Origin: Adineta vaga
Lineage: Eukaryota; Animalia; Rotifera
DNA length: 64,000 nucleotides
Reading direction: 5' to 3'
NCBI GenBank assembly: GCA_021613535.1
Contig: CP075493.1
Location: 14,198,001-14,262,000 of the forward strand
Shown here: piece by piece, positions 62,701-64,000 of the stretch
Layout of the letters: each line of letters begins with the position of its first letter
How positions within the stretch are numbered: position 1 is the first letter of the stretch
Position numbers and translations under genes: made by a program
Notes under the pieces: generated by a model
Told to the model about the DNA's origin: nothing
Seen by the model: only the letters and a program-made list of their open reading frames with translations
Databases searched by the model: none

Positions 62701-63723
62701 GTAACTACTGGCTAAGTCTGGATGATTGGAAGGAAGAGATTTTTGTTTAATCGCGAGCGCCTTGTTGTGGTTTTCAATAGCTCTCGATTGATCTCCCATC
62801 TTGTAATACACTAAACCGATGTTGTTGTAACTACTGGCTAAGTCTGGATGATTGGAAGGAAGAGACTTTTGCTTAATTTCTAGTGCTTTGTTGTAGTTTT
62901 CAAGAGCTCTCGGATATTCACCCGTACCTTCATACACTGAACCGATATTGTTGTAACTATTGGCGAAGTCTGGGTGATTGAAAGGAAGAGACTCCTGTTG
63001 AATTTCGAGTGCTTTCTTGTAATTTTCGAGAGCTCGCGAATGATCACTCATCTTGTAATATACTAAACCGATGTTGTTGTAACTACTGGCTAAGTCTGGA
63101 TGATTGGAAGGAAGAGACTTCTGTTGAATTTCAAGTGCGTTGTTGTAGCTTTCAAGAGCTCTCGAATAATCACTCATGTCGTAATACACTAAACCGATAT
63201 TGTTGTAACTACCGGCTAAGTCTGGATGATTGGAAGGAAGAGACTTCTGTTGAATTTCAAGTGCGTTGTTGTAGTTTTCAAGAGCTCTCGAATATTCACC
63301 CGTAGCATAATACACTAAACCGATATTGTTGTAACTACTGGCTAAGCTTGAATGATCGGAAGGAAGAGACTTTTGTTTGATTTCGAGTGCTTTGTTGTAG
63401 TTTTCAAGAGCTCTCAAATGATCACCCATCTTGTAATACACTAAACCGATGTTGTTGTAACTACTGGCTAAGTCTGGATGATTGGAAGGAAGATTCTTCT
63501 GATAAATCTCGAGTGATTTGTTATAATTTTCAAGTGCACTCGCATAGTTTTCCATTTTCGCGTATATGGAACCAATGTTACGATAAGTGACTAGTAAACG
63601 GGAACGAATATGTGAAATAAAGTTATTCTGAGTTTGATTGTTTTGGCGACCATTAGTGATGATAGATGAGGTGTGTTTTATCTCTGCATAAACTAAAAAT
63701 ATAGAGCCGAAATAAGTGATCAA
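59782..63723 (-). CDS. TPR protein with 30 x 42-aa kinesin-light-chain-type TPR repeats; true start uncertain
   Basis: Open 1313-codon frame with consensus HPDLASSYNNIGLVYY.M.DHSRALENYNKALEI.QKSLPSN; 126-bp DNA period; the ORF begins at TTG. Confidence 0.9.
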   Translation of the reverse strand: MITYFGSIFLVYAEIKHTSSIITNGRQNNQTQNNFISHIRSRLLVTYRNIGSIYAKMENYASALENYNKSLEIYQKNLPSNHPDLASSYNNIGLVYYKMGDHLRALENYNKALEIKQKSLPSDHSSLASSYNNIGLVYYATGEYSRALENYNNALEIQQKSLPSNHPDLAGSYNNIGLVYYDMSDYSRALESYNNALEIQQKSLPSNHPDLASSYNNIGLVYYKMSDHSRALENYKKALEIQQESLPFNHPDFANSYNNIGSVYEGTGEYPRALENYNKALEIKQKSLPSNHPDLASSYNNIGLVYYKMGDQSRAIENHNKALAIKQKSLPSNHPDLASSYNNIGSVYHKMSDHSRAVENYNKAFEIQQKSLPSDHPDLAGSYNNIGLLYHDMSDYSRALENYNKALEIQQKSLPFNHPDLAGSYNNIGLVYHKMSDHSRAVENYNKALEIKQKSLPSNHPDLASSYNNIGVVYHDMSDHSRALENYNTALEIKQKSLPTDHSSLAATYNNIGLLYYDMGDHSRALENYKKALEIQQKSLPSDHPDLAGSYNNIGLVYHKMSDHSRAVENYNKALEIKQKSLPSNHPDLASSYNNIGVVYHDMSDHSRALENYNTALEIKQKSLPTDHSSLAATYNNIGLLYYDMGDHSRALENYNKALEIQQKSLSSNHLDFASSYNNIGLVYYKMSEHSRALENYNQALAIKQKSLPFNHLDLASSYNNIGLVYYDMDDHSRALENYKKALEIQQKSLPSNHPDLASSYNNIGVVYHDMSDHSRALENYNTALEIKQKSLPSNHPDLASSYNNIGLVYYDMDDHSRALENYNKALEIRQKSLPSNHLDFASSYNNIGLVYYKMSEHSRALENYNQALAIKQKSLPFNHLDLASSYNNIGLVYYDMDDHSRALENYKKALEIQQKSLPSNHPDLASSYNNIGLVYYDMDDHSRALENYNKALEIQQKSLPSNHPDFASSYNNIGLVYYKMSDHSRAVENYNKALEIKQKSLPSNHPDLASSYNNIGVVYHDMSDHSRALENYNTALEIKQKSLHSNHPDLASSYNNIGLVYYDMDDHSRALENYNKALEIQQKSLSSNHPDLASSYNNIGVVYHDMSDHSRALENYNTALEIKQKSLHSNHPDLASSYNNIGLVYYDMDDHSRALENYNKALEIQQKSLSSNHPDLASSYNNIGVVYHDMSDHSRALENYNKAFEIQQKSLPSDHPDLASSYNNIGLVYYDMDDHSRALENYNKALEIRQKSLPSNHPDLASSYNNIGLLYYDMGDHSVALEYFKKTADNNEEMFVKDQLSLVSSVEKDVSL

Positions 63724-64000
63724 AACTCAATAAATGAAGGTGGAGTTTTTAGAAAATGCTTTTCTGATGGATCTCTGCAGTGATGAAGAATTGAGATATA
63801 GGCTTATGTCGATCGAGTGATGTTATCATAATAGAGAACGTTCAGTTTCAGGCATTTATGGTATTATGAGTGTAAGAGTGCTTTTCAATTTGATTATCGA
63901 TTAACACGTTCAGCATGTACCTGAAACGTTGTTTGACCTTGAATCGTGAAGATCAGGAGATGGTCAGGGTGTAGAAGGCATAGTGGAAGATGTAGAATAG

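Noticed and set aside
59985-63590. Repeated Cys-rich plus-strand ORFs (MLCCSF...)
   Set aside because: Antisense shadows of the TPR array.
59782-63723. Regular repeat array as a possible CRISPR
   Set aside because: Contiguous 126-bp coding units with no unique spacers and no cas genes.
1-64000. Bacterial contamination as the source of the bacterial-type genes
   Set aside because: Most of them carry spliceosomal introns and they are interleaved with animal GPCR and MOXD1 genes of similar base composition.

Overview
AT-rich eukaryotic DNA with many short (about 50-65 nt) GT-AG introns. The gene content strongly suggests a bdelloid rotifer such as Adineta or Rotaria (inference): expanded orphan GPCRs, ADP-ribosyltransferases, NHL, TPR and FG-GAP proteins, and intron-bearing bacterial-type enzymes. 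Left to right the window holds: the 5' end of a YbaK/ProX-type tRNA deacylase facing away from an RtxC/GntA-like membrane desaturase/hydroxylase; an ankyrin-ADP-ribosyltransferase-transmembrane gene with a 1-nt frameshift; a MOXD1-like copper monooxygenase; eight intact orphan 7TM GPCRs plus two remnants, with duplication and gene-conversion mosaics; tRNA-Asn; a fructosamine-kinase/NMNAT-like fusion; a cysteine-dioxygenase-like gene; a type II membrane NHL protein; a Cys-rich repeat gene with an internal stop; a short prolyl 4-hydroxylase; a BglX-like GH3; and a 30-unit TPR array. Many decayed pseudogenes lie in between. The most unusual non-coding signal is a dispersed family of about 40-55 bp hairpins whose arms are inverted telomere-like hexamers (TGAGGG/TGTGGG ... 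CCCACA/CCCTCA). All exon structures and family assignments were made by eye, without database searches.
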